A stretch of DNA of 64,000 bases from an uncultured Flavobacteriaceae bacterium (GTDB lineage Bacteria > Bacteroidota > Bacteroidia > Flavobacteriales > Weeksellaceae). The stretch is taken from the NCBI GenBank assembly GCA_963509715.1, contig CAUPCB010000004.1, positions 3,888 through 67,887 of the forward strand, read 5' to 3'. The notes under the pieces were generated by a model. That model had not been told where the DNA came from. It searched no databases and was given only the letters and a program-made list of their open reading frames with translations. A program made the translations under genes and the position numbers. The first letter of the stretch is position 1. Each line of letters opens with the position of its first letter. Of this stretch, positions 9,357 to 18,819 are shown piece after piece.

Positions 9357-9965
9357 TTGAAAAATTCTTATAAAAATATTTTCGTTTTTCTATTTGGGGC
9401 TTTATTCGCCTATTTATTGGTCTTTTTCTTCCAAAAAAACACAGAAAAAGAGGCTGAAGTTATCAATAAGGACTACTATATCCTGAGTAACCAGATAGAG
9501 AAAATGAACAAAATGATAGTCCTAGAGCAGAACTTTTCTAGTTTCCAAACTCATAAAAGTTCTGCCTTTGAACTTGGAGGTATAGAGTTTCTTTCCAAAG
9601 AAATGGTGCTCTACACTACGGCAAAAGCACAGGTGACTTATGATTTAAAGAAACTAAAAATAGAAGTGGATTCTACGGATAAAAAACTAATCATAAAGGA
9701 AATCCCTGAAGCCGAAATCAAAATTTATCCCGATGTGAAAATCCATTTTATGGATGATTATGCTGTGAATAGGTTTTCTAAAGCCGACCTAAACAACATC
9801 ATGGAATCCGCAAAGAAAAACATGACAAAAAGCATCAATCAGACCAAACTAAAAGAGGAAGGAAGACAACAGCTGATTTCCAACCTGCAGGATATTTTTG
9901 TATTGGCTAAATCCCTAAACTACACCATAGAGGACGAAACCAAAACTTTACCCAGCGTTTTATAG
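9357..9965 (+). CDS. DUF4230-like membrane-anchored protein
   Basis: 202 aa with an N-terminal TM helix. The start codon is TTG, with no in-frame ATG before the TM segment. Family call is from recall of overall pattern. Confidence 0.5.
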   Translation: MKNSYKNIFVFLFGALFAYLLVFFFQKNTEKEAEVINKDYYILSNQIEKMNKMIVLEQNFSSFQTHKSSAFELGGIEFLSKEMVLYTTAKAQVTYDLKKLKIEVDSTDKKLIIKEIPEAEIKIYPDVKIHFMDDYAVNRFSKADLNNIMESAKKNMTKSINQTKLKEEGRQQLISNLQDIFVLAKSLNYTIEDETKTLPSVL

Positions 9966-9968
9966 TTT

Positions 9969-10484
9969 TTATTTTTTCCTTTTAACTTGCTTTTTCTTGA
10001 TGTATTTCTTTGTCTGAGCTACTGCTATGGCTGCATTGCTCTCACAAAATACGGATAAAGCCTCCTTTTTTACTAAAGTATATTTAAACTCGCCTTTTCT
10101 CAATGCTTGTTTGAAATTTTGTACATCTTCGGCTTTTACGGGTTTTCCATCAAGTATAAATAATATTCTGCATTTTGGAGGAGTAAAACAAACTACAATG
10201 TCTTTTTCTCGGTGAGACAGCTTTACATTAACCTCTTGTTTAGGTGTTTTTTCTACAACTGGATAGCAGTGATGACCTTCCTCAAAGAAGATAACATCCC
10301 ACTGCCCTACTACCAGTTTATAAAAACCGTTTTCATCTGTCAAAGTTTGAGACTGGCTGTCAGAAGACACCTTCACATTAGGAAAAGGCATGCCGTTCTC
10401 ATCCGTAACCCTGCCTGTGATGGTAATTTGCCCACACAAAGGAAAACAAATCGTAAAGCCAAGAAATAAAAGTATTTTCTTCAT
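9969..10484 (-). CDS. secreted protein with carboxypeptidase-regulatory-like N-terminal domain
   Basis: 171 aa. Signal peptide, then ITGRVTDENGMPFPNVKV typical of the CarboxypepD_reg fold. Lys-rich tail. Confidence 0.5.
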   Translation of the reverse strand: MKKILLFLGFTICFPLCGQITITGRVTDENGMPFPNVKVSSDSQSQTLTDENGFYKLVVGQWDVIFFEEGHHCYPVVEKTPKQEVNVKLSHREKDIVVCFTPPKCRILFILDGKPVKAEDVQNFKQALRKGEFKYTLVKKEALSVFCESNAAIAVAQTKKYIKKKQVKRKK

Positions 10485-10506
10485 GATAATATGGGTTTTA
10501 ATGTTT

Positions 10507-11196
10507 TTATAGTTTAAATTTCAGCAGATATTCTTTGGTTTCGGTGGAAATTCTCCTACTTTCTCTTGCTTTTTGAATGGTTTTGTTCTGTACAAAAGGC
10601 GGCAAGGTCTTGGCTTCTATCAGTGGCATAGTCGCTTCATACTGCTTCGCAAGAGCCGTTGCGAAATACCAAGCAAGCATCATATTCACATAGTATTCCT
10701 CGGATTTCACCTCAGAAACCAGCTGGAGCATCTCTTTTTGGAAATGCTCATCCAGATAATTAGAAAGCAGCAGCCCCACGGCATATCTTATCGTATAGGT
10801 TTTATCACTTTTTATCCATTTTTGGATGTATTCATAAACTTCTTTGGGATGTTTTTGGAAAATTTTAGGAGAAAACACATCACAAACCGCCCAATTATCC
10901 ACGAATGGAAGAAAAGTCTCCGTGTATTCCACAGCACTTTGGAAATCTTTTATCTGCTCAATAAGAAAGCCATGCAGGAGATTTTCTTCATAATAATGGT
11001 GCGGCAGGGCGCTGAGAAACTCCTCCACAGCAGGTTTATTTTTATAAAATTCTTTAGCAAATTTTCGTAAAATAGGAACGCGAATTCCTATGATTTTTTC
11101 TTTGTCTACATTGGGAATGAGTTTCGCGGTGAAATCTCTGTATTCCTTGTCCTGTAAGGCGAAAAGCTCTTTTTGTAAAGGATTTTTGGAATTCAT
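10507..11196 (-). CDS. DNA alkylation repair protein (AlkD/AlkC-like HEAT-repeat)
   Basis: 229 aa. Helical repeat protein with DNWAVCD and YTIRYAVGLL motifs of the DNA_alkylation family. Confidence 0.8.
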   Translation of the reverse strand: MNSKNPLQKELFALQDKEYRDFTAKLIPNVDKEKIIGIRVPILRKFAKEFYKNKPAVEEFLSALPHHYYEENLLHGFLIEQIKDFQSAVEYTETFLPFVDNWAVCDVFSPKIFQKHPKEVYEYIQKWIKSDKTYTIRYAVGLLLSNYLDEHFQKEMLQLVSEVKSEEYYVNMMLAWYFATALAKQYEATMPLIEAKTLPPFVQNKTIQKARESRRISTETKEYLLKFKL

Positions 11197-11227
11197 ATTG
11201 GTTTTAATTTTTAAATTGAATTAAATT

Positions 11228-11797
11228 TTATTTATCATCCAAATCAGAAAAACTGACTTTCTTCTCAAAAAATCTATATCCCAAAATGGCCATAGTAACG
11301 CCTATTACCAGTCCCACAGCCACATCTGTAGGGAAATGAACCGCCAGATACATCCTGCTGAAAGCATAAGGCACCGCCCAAAGATAAACCCAAAACGCCC
11401 ATCGCAAAACGCTTCTCAGTACCAGATAAAGAAAAGTGCAGATAGCAAAACTATTGCTGGTGTGCCCTGAAAAAAAGCTGTATCCTTTTTCCGTAGTGAT
11501 GATTCTAAGATAAGGTATCAGCTCCTCATTATGCAAAGGACGAAGCCGCTGCACCAGTTCCTTTGTCCCTGTGGTCATGAGAGCAGTGAATAAAAAGGTC
11601 AGCGAAAAACAAATCAAAATCCATTTCACCTCTCGTTTAGAAAAATATCTAAACACTAAAAAAAGAATCAGTACATAAAACGGAATCCAGTTCCATGCAT
11701 CCGTAATGGTCAGCCAAAAACTATCCCACTCCGTGCTGCCTGTCTGATTGATAAAAATCAACAACTGATGGTCTAAATCTATAATACGCTCTATCAT
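11228..11797 (-). CDS. PAP2 superfamily phosphatase (membrane)
   Basis: 189 aa, multi-TM. Has the acid phosphatase motifs KELVQRLRP, SGHTS and SRMYLAVHFPTD. Confidence 0.75.
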   Translation of the reverse strand: MIERIIDLDHQLLIFINQTGSTEWDSFWLTITDAWNWIPFYVLILFLVFRYFSKREVKWILICFSLTFLFTALMTTGTKELVQRLRPLHNEELIPYLRIITTEKGYSFFSGHTSNSFAICTFLYLVLRSVLRWAFWVYLWAVPYAFSRMYLAVHFPTDVAVGLVIGVTMAILGYRFFEKKVSFSDLDDK

Positions 11798-11802
11798 TTT
11801 AT

Positions 11803-11834
11803 TTAAAAAAAGGAGGCTATTTATACCGCCTCCT
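11803..11834 (-). terminator. intrinsic terminator after DUF2004-like paralogue A
   Basis: AGGAGGC (11811-11817) pairs with GCCTCCT (11828-11834). The A-run at 11804-11810 is the U-run on the minus strand. Confidence 0.6.
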
Positions 11835-11854
11835 TGTAGATTTTTATTTATAAA

Positions 11855-12325
11855 TTAACTTTCCCAGTCAATAGCAACAATTTTCCCATCTAAACTAAAG
11901 TTCACAGCAAGGATTTCATCGCTTTCTTCTGGGCGTATCATATAATCAACCATCACATCCACACCATCTTCCTCTTCAGTAGAATACCAAAGTCCAATGG
12001 TTTCTATCTGCATCTCCGCAACGAAATCATCTACATTTTCAGGGATATTCTCTAATTCTTCTGCATGAAAATCCAAGTATTCAGAATCCTCCTCTAAATA
12101 GGCTTTCAAGGCTTTGCGGGCTTTTTCATCCATTACATCGAAGTTTTTTAGAAATTTTTCAAATGAATTCAGTCTTTCTACGGACAAATCATCCTCTCCA
12201 CAGAGCCAAAATTCTACTTGAACAGATGTATTCTTATAAGGAATTTCTTTTTCCCACAATACATCATAACCATTTAGCTCTTCCGTATTTAATTCTCCAA
12301 AATACGCATGCTTTAAGTGTTTCAT
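11855..12325 (-). CDS. acidic cytoplasmic protein, DUF2004-like; paralogue A of a tandem pair
   Basis: 156 aa with no signal peptide. Aligns end to end with the neighbour (shared FGxLNTE, IPYKN, EKARKALKAY, AEMQI, GLWYS, DYMI, AxDWE). Has its own -7 box (12362-12369) and terminator. Confidence 0.5.
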   Translation of the reverse strand: MKHLKHAYFGELNTEELNGYDVLWEKEIPYKNTSVQVEFWLCGEDDLSVERLNSFEKFLKNFDVMDEKARKALKAYLEEDSEYLDFHAEELENIPENVDDFVAEMQIETIGLWYSTEEEDGVDVMVDYMIRPEESDEILAVNFSLDGKIVAIDWES

Positions 12326-12361
12326 AAATTATTTGTTTAAAATTATTTTCTTTTTGTTTAG

Positions 12362-12369
12362 CAAATATA
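12362..12369 (-). promoter_or_regulatory. -7 box (TATATTTG) upstream of DUF2004-like paralogue A
   Basis: TAnnTTTG match on the minus strand in the 84-nt spacer between the two paralogues. Confidence 0.4.
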
Positions 12370-12409
12370 AATAAATTCCTATTATTTACTCATATCCCTC
12401 TTCTATCCT

Positions 12410-12868
12410 TTACCCTTCCCAATCAACAGCAAGGATTTTCCCTTCTAAACTGCATTTCACAGCAAGGACTTGATAGCTTTCCTCTGGGGGTATCATATAG
12501 TCTATTATCACTTCACCTGTGGAGGCTTCATCAATGGAATACCACAGCCCAACAGATTTTATCTGCATCTCTGCAATGAAATCAGGAATATTCTCCAATT
12601 TTTCTACATAAAAACTAAAATACTTAAAATTTTCCTCTATGTAAGCTTTCAGGGCTTTACGGGCTTTTTCTTCTATTGTATCAAAGTCTTTTAGGAATTT
12701 TTCAAATAAATCCAGCCTTTCTATGGACAAATCATCCTTTCCACAGAACCAAAAACCTACATTTGCAGTTCCATTTTTGTAAGGAATATTTTCTTCCCAC
12801 AATATATCATAATCATCCAGCCCTTCCGTATTTAATTTCCCAAAATATGGATGCTCTAAGTATTTCAT
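12410..12868 (-). CDS. acidic cytoplasmic protein, DUF2004-like; paralogue B of a tandem pair
   Basis: 152 aa. See paralogue A. Confidence 0.5.
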   Translation of the reverse strand: MKYLEHPYFGKLNTEGLDDYDILWEENIPYKNGTANVGFWFCGKDDLSIERLDLFEKFLKDFDTIEEKARKALKAYIEENFKYFSFYVEKLENIPDFIAEMQIKSVGLWYSIDEASTGEVIIDYMIPPEESYQVLAVKCSLEGKILAVDWEG

Positions 12869-12926
12869 ACTAAATCATTTGTATAAAATCATTCCTCTTG
12901 AAATGCAAATAATTTCTGTCACTTGC

Positions 12927-13637
12927 TTATTTTACACTCACTCTACCAGAGCCGTTGATTTTCTGCTTTATTTTCTTTGGATTTCCCTTGATAGTAACAT
13001 CACCTGAACCCGCTATGGAAATATCCACATCTTCGGTCACATGGGCAGAAACATCGCCCGAACCATTGATATTGATAACGGCTTTTTTGGCTTTTAGGTT
13101 TGGAACTTCTACATCACCGCTGCCATTGATATTGATAGACAAATTATCAGTTTTTCCACCTACTCGGATATCACCCGAACCATCTATTTTTAAAGCAAGA
13201 GAAGAAGCATCCACCTGCAAATGCACATCACCGCTACCATATACATCAACCTCTAAAGCCTTTGTTTCCAGATTTTTTTCGGTGTAAATATCCGCAGAAC
13301 CTTTGATGACCACTTGTTTCAAACGAGAATCCACAGGAACATAAATGATGATAGGCTCTTTTACTTTGTATCTGTTCTTTTCTGCGCCTATTTTCAGCAG
13401 TCCATCAGACACCTCTGTCTGTATGAGCGGAAGGATGTTGTCAGGAGCTTTTATTTTAATCTTGCCGACCTCTCCATCAGTGAAAATAACATCATAGCTA
13501 CCCAAAACCTCTATTCTGTCATACGCAGAAAGTTGTTTTTCTTGGGAAATGATATTGCTGCTCCCTACAACTACTTGACCTTTACTACAATTTATCAACA
13601 GTAAAGCCAAAAATACTAGTGCGATTACTCTTTTCAT
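12927..13637 (-). CDS. DUF2807 / head GIN domain lipoprotein (beta-helix repeats)
   Basis: 236 aa. Signal plus lipobox (LLINCS) and repeated GSGD(V/I) beta-helix rungs. Confidence 0.75.
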   Translation of the reverse strand: MKRVIALVFLALLLINCSKGQVVVGSSNIISQEKQLSAYDRIEVLGSYDVIFTDGEVGKIKIKAPDNILPLIQTEVSDGLLKIGAEKNRYKVKEPIIIYVPVDSRLKQVVIKGSADIYTEKNLETKALEVDVYGSGDVHLQVDASSLALKIDGSGDIRVGGKTDNLSININGSGDVEVPNLKAKKAVININGSGDVSAHVTEDVDISIAGSGDVTIKGNPKKIKQKINGSGRVSVK

Positions 13638-13716
13638 GATGTTATTATTTAAAGTTATTGATTAAAACTAATAAACCAAGAGGTTTTCCATCTTTCCGAA
13701 GAGGTTCTGGTCTCGT

Positions 13717-14571
13717 TTATTTTTTAGACAAATGGTAGTAAGCCAGCATTTTGTAGTATAATTTCGCTGCCAAGAATGCCGTAGGTTTTGGATTAGCAGA
13801 ATCCATAAGTTCCACGATATCAAACGCAACTACATTACATTTCTCAAAAACTTTCTTTAATAATTTCAAAGTAGGATACCAAGCCAATCCTCCTGGTTCT
13901 GGCGTTCCCGTAGATGGCGCGATAGACGGGTCAAAAGCATCCAAATCTATCGTAATATACACATTACCAGAAACTTTACTAAGGACATCTTCTATCCAGT
14001 TTGGATTTTCAGCAATCTCGTGCGCCCAGAAACACTGCCCTTTTGGGACATACTGCATTTCTTCCACATCACATGAACGGATTCCTACCTGAACCAAATT
14101 ATGCTTTTGATTAGCCTCAAAAACAGCACAAGCGTGATTAGAAGTAGAACCATGAAACTCTGGTCTTAGGTCTGTATGGGCATCCAGCTGAAGCACCGTA
14201 AGGTTTTCGTACTTCTCTCCCACCGCACGGATAGAACCGATAGACACAGAATGCTCCCCACCAAAAAGCGTAAAAAGCTTGTCCTCATGCTGGAGCATTT
14301 CTTTTGTTTTTTGATAAACTGCCTCTGTCATGGCTTCTGGCGAAGAGTCCTCTGTAACTTCCCCAGCCAAATAAACTCCCTCCAAATACGGCTCTGTAGC
14401 AGTTTCTATATCATAGAGTTCCATATTTTCTGATGCATCCAAGAAAAGTTCAGGGCCTTTATCAGCGCCCTTTCCCCAAGTAGAAGTTCCATCATAGGGA
14501 ACTGTCACCAGCATTACTTTTGAGTTTTCTAATGTTGCATTTTCTTCTGGTATTCCTGCGTATGTTTTCAT
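13717..14571 (-). CDS. speB: agmatinase (arginase/ureohydrolase family)
   Basis: 284 aa. Metal-binding motifs GGEHS, LDAHTD and DLDAFDP. Confidence 0.85.
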   Translation of the reverse strand: MKTYAGIPEENATLENSKVMLVTVPYDGTSTWGKGADKGPELFLDASENMELYDIETATEPYLEGVYLAGEVTEDSSPEAMTEAVYQKTKEMLQHEDKLFTLFGGEHSVSIGSIRAVGEKYENLTVLQLDAHTDLRPEFHGSTSNHACAVFEANQKHNLVQVGIRSCDVEEMQYVPKGQCFWAHEIAENPNWIEDVLSKVSGNVYITIDLDAFDPSIAPSTGTPEPGGLAWYPTLKLLKKVFEKCNVVAFDIVELMDSANPKPTAFLAAKLYYKMLAYYHLSKK

Positions 14572-14611
14572 TTTTTATGTATTTAATTCTATTTAACTAA
14601 TTTTCAATTAC

Positions 14612-15468
14612 TTATCTCAAATCACAAATCTGCTCCACAAGAGCTGGATATTTCTTAAACAATTCTTTTCCCACTGCGAATTTCTCCTTCATTTCTACTA
14701 TATTATCATAATTGATATATGGATATTTTTCATAGACAATGTCCCTTATTTCACTTTCATCTTCGTTTTCATGGTTTTCAGAATAGGCATCATCACTCAC
14801 ATAGAGCAGTTCCTCTGCCCAAGTGTCCCCAATGTCAAAATGATATTTCCCGCTAATGAAAGCATTGATATCTTTGGTTATATCCTCAAAAAATTCTTTC
14901 CCTTTCAGCAAAAGCCAGCATCGGAAATAGATAAATCCATCAGCAGAAACATAAGGCTCTTCCTCAAAACAATAAACATCATCTTTTTTCTCAAAATCAC
15001 AATTCAAAATGATGTAAAGCTCTGCTATTTGGGCGGTATAGAGTTCCATCAGTTTTTCTTGCATAGTCTTTTCAAAGCTACCAAACGCTCTTTTCCATGC
15101 TTCGCCAGATAACTTGTCAGCTTTTCCAGATGCTCTTCTACATCGTAGGCATCCCACTTTTTCTTGTTGTATTTATAGCTTTTTTCAATGGCTTCCCAAA
15201 ACAAAAATTCAGCTTTTTCCTCCTCGCTCATTTCTATTTTAGCAGGAATTTCCTCATTTGGAGAAACTTCTACATAGCCTTTTTTCATTTTTTGAGCGAT
15301 GAGTTTTTCGCTTTCCTTTTGGCATTCTTCTTCGCTCGCGAATTTCTTTGTCATTTCTCGCCCTGCAGTTCCTATTTTTCCATAATGAACGATTTGTTCC
15401 TCCCCTTCATATTCGATATTCCAAAACTTATCGGACAAATCATTTTGATTGATAAAAAACCTTTTCAT
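14612..15468 (-). pseudogene. WGR domain + DUF4240 domain gene interrupted by a 1-nt frameshift
   Basis: The upstream ORF (15049-15468 from its ATG; the track start at 15471 is GTG) encodes a WGR domain (KFWNIEYEGEEQIVHYGKIGTAG) plus the start of DUF4240 (EFLFWEAIEK). The downstream ORF (14612-15157) continues DUF4240 in another frame. One extra A in the A4 run at 15091-15094 joins them. Confidence 0.55.
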
Positions 15469-15491
15469 CACTCGTTTTTTTGAAGATTAAA

Positions 15492-16805
15492 TTAAATTTT
15501 TATTCGCTCTATATCTGCGCCTATAGCTTTTAGTCTGCCTTCTATATCTTCGTAGCCTCGGTCTATCTGCTCTATATTGTGGATTATGCTTTTCCCTTCA
15601 GCCGAAAGAGCCGCTATCAGAAGGGCATTTCCTGCTCTGATGTCTGGCGAAATCAATGTAGTTCCTCTCAAAGGCGTTTCGTGGTTAAGCCCTATTACTG
15701 TGGCTCTGTGCGGGTCACAAAGGATGATTTGTGCTCCCATATCGATTAGTTTATCCACGAAAAACAATCGGCTTTCGAACATTTTCTGATGAACAAGAAC
15801 ACTTCCCTTCGCCTGAGTAGCCACAACCAAAATGATTGAAAGCAAATCTGGCGTAAAACCTGGCCAAGGAGCATCAGAAACGGTCAAAATAGACCCATCG
15901 ATGAACTTTTGTATTTTGTAATTTTCCTGCGATGGGATATAGATATCATCTCCTTTTCGCTCCAATTTTATCCCTAATTTTCGGAATGTATCAGGAATAA
16001 TGCCGAGCTGTTCCCAGTTCACATTCTTGATGGTAATCTCTGACTTTGTCATCGCTGCCAGCCCAATCCAAGAACCGATTTCCACCATATCTGGAAGGAG
16101 AACATGCTCCGTTCCTCCGAGGCTTTCCACACCTTCTATGGTCAGCAGGTTAGAGCCTATTCCTGTTATTTTAGCTCCCATTCTATTGAGCATTTTGCAG
16201 AGCTGCTGGAGATACGGCTCACAGGCTGCATTGTAAATTTGAGTCGTTCCCTTAGCCAAAACAGCCGCCATGATGATATTGGCTGTTCCCGTTACCGAAG
16301 CCTCCTCCAAGAGAATAAATTTCCCATTTAATTCCTTGGTTGTAAGAGTGTAAAAACTTTCTTCTTCATTAAAATTAAATTCTGCTCCCAGCTCCACAAA
16401 ACCCTGAAAATGAGTATCCAACCTTCTTCTTCCTATCTTGTCTCCCCCTGGTGTAGGCATGTAGGCCTCTCCGAAACGCGCAAGCATCGGCCCTAAAAGC
16501 ATCACAGAGCCTCTAAGTTTTGCTCCATCTTTTCTAAATTCCTTTGATTTAATGTAGTCAAAATGGATATTATCAGCCTGAAAAGTAAAATCACCTTTTC
16601 CGTTTTTAATTACTTTTACCCCGAAATCTTGCAGGATTTCTATCAAACGATTAACATCCTTGATGCCTGGTATATTACTGATTCTCACAGGCTCAGAAGT
16701 CAAAAGCACAGCGCAAAGTATTTGCAGCGCTTCGTTTTTAGCTCCTTGTGGTGTGATTTCTCCGCTTAGTTTTTTTCCTCCTCTTATCTGAAATGCTTCT
16801 GTCAT
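15492..16805 (-). CDS. murA: UDP-N-acetylglucosamine 1-carboxyvinyltransferase
   Basis: 437 aa. N-terminal FQIRGGKKLSGEI, GAKNEALQIL and EPSP-synthase-fold repeats. Its ATG forms an ATGA overlap with the stop of the upstream gene. Confidence 0.95.
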   Translation of the reverse strand: MTEAFQIRGGKKLSGEITPQGAKNEALQILCAVLLTSEPVRISNIPGIKDVNRLIEILQDFGVKVIKNGKGDFTFQADNIHFDYIKSKEFRKDGAKLRGSVMLLGPMLARFGEAYMPTPGGDKIGRRRLDTHFQGFVELGAEFNFNEEESFYTLTTKELNGKFILLEEASVTGTANIIMAAVLAKGTTQIYNAACEPYLQQLCKMLNRMGAKITGIGSNLLTIEGVESLGGTEHVLLPDMVEIGSWIGLAAMTKSEITIKNVNWEQLGIIPDTFRKLGIKLERKGDDIYIPSQENYKIQKFIDGSILTVSDAPWPGFTPDLLSIILVVATQAKGSVLVHQKMFESRLFFVDKLIDMGAQIILCDPHRATVIGLNHETPLRGTTLISPDIRAGNALLIAALSAEGKSIIHNIEQIDRGYEDIEGRLKAIGADIERIKI

Positions 16806-17419
16806 CTTTTTCTATTTTTTTGGGAATGATGGTTTCTTTTTTTATGATTATTTCTCTTGTTTCTGTTAGGATGATAGATTTTACTTTTATCCAAAGTTTC
16901 TATTCCTGTCAAATCTAATTTATCCTGAGAAAGTTCCTTCAAATGCCTAAAAATCACTTCGTCCTGCACATGTTCTTTGTTATAGACATTATAGGATTTT
17001 TTCATATTATTGGCAATTACTTGTATCAGAGCCTCTTTCTCCTCGCCTTCTTCCAGCTCTATAGCCCTATCTATGAGCTGTAAAATGCTCTTTCCGTAGA
17101 ATTTATATTCATTATCAAAGGATGGATAATCCATCCTATTAGGCTTCTGGTCAAGTTCCTCCTTCGTTGGGAAAGGATATGGCGCATCTACATCCAAATC
17201 ATAATCTGCTAAAATATACAGATGATCCCAGAGTTTATGCTTATAATTTTCCTCATCGCGGAGATGAGGATTTCTTTGTCCCATAAATTCTACTATGGTT
17301 TTCGCCACTTCATTACGCTCTTCCTTGGAAGGTAGTGATTTACAGTACTCTACCATCTGCTGGATATTTCTGCCATATTCTGGCATGAGCAACTTTGTGC
17401 GGTTTGTGTTATATTCCAT
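16802..17419 (-). CDS. DUF4290 domain protein
   Basis: 205 aa. N-terminal LLMPEYGRNIQQMVEY pattern and a basic His/Lys/Arg tail. Translationally coupled to murA. Confidence 0.7.
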   Translation of the reverse strand: MEYNTNRTKLLMPEYGRNIQQMVEYCKSLPSKEERNEVAKTIVEFMGQRNPHLRDEENYKHKLWDHLYILADYDLDVDAPYPFPTKEELDQKPNRMDYPSFDNEYKFYGKSILQLIDRAIELEEGEEKEALIQVIANNMKKSYNVYNKEHVQDEVIFRHLKELSQDKLDLTGIETLDKSKIYHPNRNKRNNHKKRNHHSQKNRKR

Positions 17420-17472
17420 TGTGTTTATTGATAAAATTTTGAATAAGCCTAAAAGACCTATCTCATTGAAAA

Positions 17473-18810
17473 CTAATTAACTAAGTCTAATCCTCCGAAA
17501 TTCCCAGAACTCATCATCAGGTAAGCACCTTGGGTCTTGTCCAGCGTGTTCCAGTATTCGTGAAGACTTTCGGCATTGGTAAAGACTTTTAGGTCTGGAT
17601 TACCGAATTTTTCTTTAATCATTTCAGGAGAAATCGGCTCCATTCTCTTGATTTTCAAGGCTTCTTCCGAATAGAAAATCACTCCTGTATCCAGCCCGTC
17701 CATTGCTCCTTTATATTGTTCTAAAAATATGGGATTCAGCGAACTATAAGTATGAAGCTCTAAAAATCCGTAAGTTTTTTCCTGCTTAAACTGCTCTTTG
17801 AAAGCAGCCACTGTTGCTTTTACCTTGGATGGCGCATGCGCAAAATCTTTATACAAAATTCCTCCATCCTTTCTCTCCACTTTTTCTAATCGTTTGGAAG
17901 CACCTTTGAAACTCATTATCGCTTCATAAAACTCCTCTTCCATAATGCCAAGCTGCTGGCAGATAAGTTTTGCGCCTTCCATATTGAGCAAATTATGTTT
18001 TCCAAAAACAGAAAGTGGGATTTCGCCCATACTTGTTTTTAGATAAACTTTCCCTTCGCGAATGCTGTATTCAGGCGTTTTGTAAGGCAGTTTTCGGAAA
18101 TATTTCTGGCTGTTTTCTACGATTTTTACCACTTCTTCGTCTTCCTCATTATACACTAAAACTCCGCCAGAAGTGATGCTTTCGGTAAATTTTCTAAACT
18201 GTTCTAAATAATCATCAAAAGTCTTAAAAACATTGATATGATCCCATGCAATACCGCTGATTAGGGCTATATTTGGATGATAATGCAGGAATTTAGGTTG
18301 TCTGTCATCAGCAGAAGAAAGATACTCATCGCCCTCCAAAATCATAAAGTCTGTATCCTCGGTGATTTTCACCATACAATCAAACCCTTCCAGCTGGGCG
18401 CCCACCATGTAGTCTATTTCTTTATTATGAAAATTCAGCACATGCAGAATCATAGAAGTAATGGTAGTTTTCCCATGTGAACCAGCAATTACCACTCTGG
18501 TTTTTTCCTTGCTTTGTTCGTAGAGAAATTCGGGATACGAGTAGATTTTTAATCCCAATTCCTTGGCTCTTGCTAATTCTGGATTGTCTGCATGGGCGTG
18601 CATTCCCAAAATTACAGCATCTATATCCGCTGTGATTTTCTCTGGAAACCAGCCAAACTCCTTTGGAAGAATGCCTTTCTGCTCCAATCGTGTTTTTGAG
18701 GGTTCAAAAATGGCATCATCTGAGCCTGTAACCTCAAAACCTTTATTTTTCAGTGCGATAGCAAGATTGTGCATGGCACTCCCTCCTATGGCGATAAAAT
18801 GAACTTTCAT
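17473..18810 (-). CDS. mpl: Mur ligase family protein, Mpl-like (UDP-N-acetylmuramate:tripeptide ligase)
   Basis: 445 aa. N-terminal IAIGGSAMHNLA, the ATP-binding motif GSHGKTT, and Mur ligase middle and C-terminal domains. Confidence 0.65.
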   Translation of the reverse strand: MKVHFIAIGGSAMHNLAIALKNKGFEVTGSDDAIFEPSKTRLEQKGILPKEFGWFPEKITADIDAVILGMHAHADNPELARAKELGLKIYSYPEFLYEQSKEKTRVVIAGSHGKTTITSMILHVLNFHNKEIDYMVGAQLEGFDCMVKITEDTDFMILEGDEYLSSADDRQPKFLHYHPNIALISGIAWDHINVFKTFDDYLEQFRKFTESITSGGVLVYNEEDEEVVKIVENSQKYFRKLPYKTPEYSIREGKVYLKTSMGEIPLSVFGKHNLLNMEGAKLICQQLGIMEEEFYEAIMSFKGASKRLEKVERKDGGILYKDFAHAPSKVKATVAAFKEQFKQEKTYGFLELHTYSSLNPIFLEQYKGAMDGLDTGVIFYSEEALKIKRMEPISPEMIKEKFGNPDLKVFTNAESLHEYWNTLDKTQGAYLMMSSGNFGGLDLVN

Positions 18811-18819
18811 ATTTTTCTT

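Noticed and set aside
10573-11070. 165-aa plus-strand ORF
   Set aside because: Antisense shadow of the AlkD-like gene.
12955-13287. Apparent DNA repeats (recurring GSGD(V/I) codon blocks and a 110-aa plus-strand ORF)
   Set aside because: The periodicity is protein-level beta-helix repeats of the DUF2807/GIN-domain gene on the minus strand. The plus-strand ORF is its antisense shadow.
14990-15157. Independent start (MGCLRCRRASGK...) for the DUF4240 ORF
   Set aside because: The first ~22 residues are out-of-frame readings of the upstream ORF's DUF4240 N-terminus. A frameshift interpretation explains both ORFs better than two overlapping genes.
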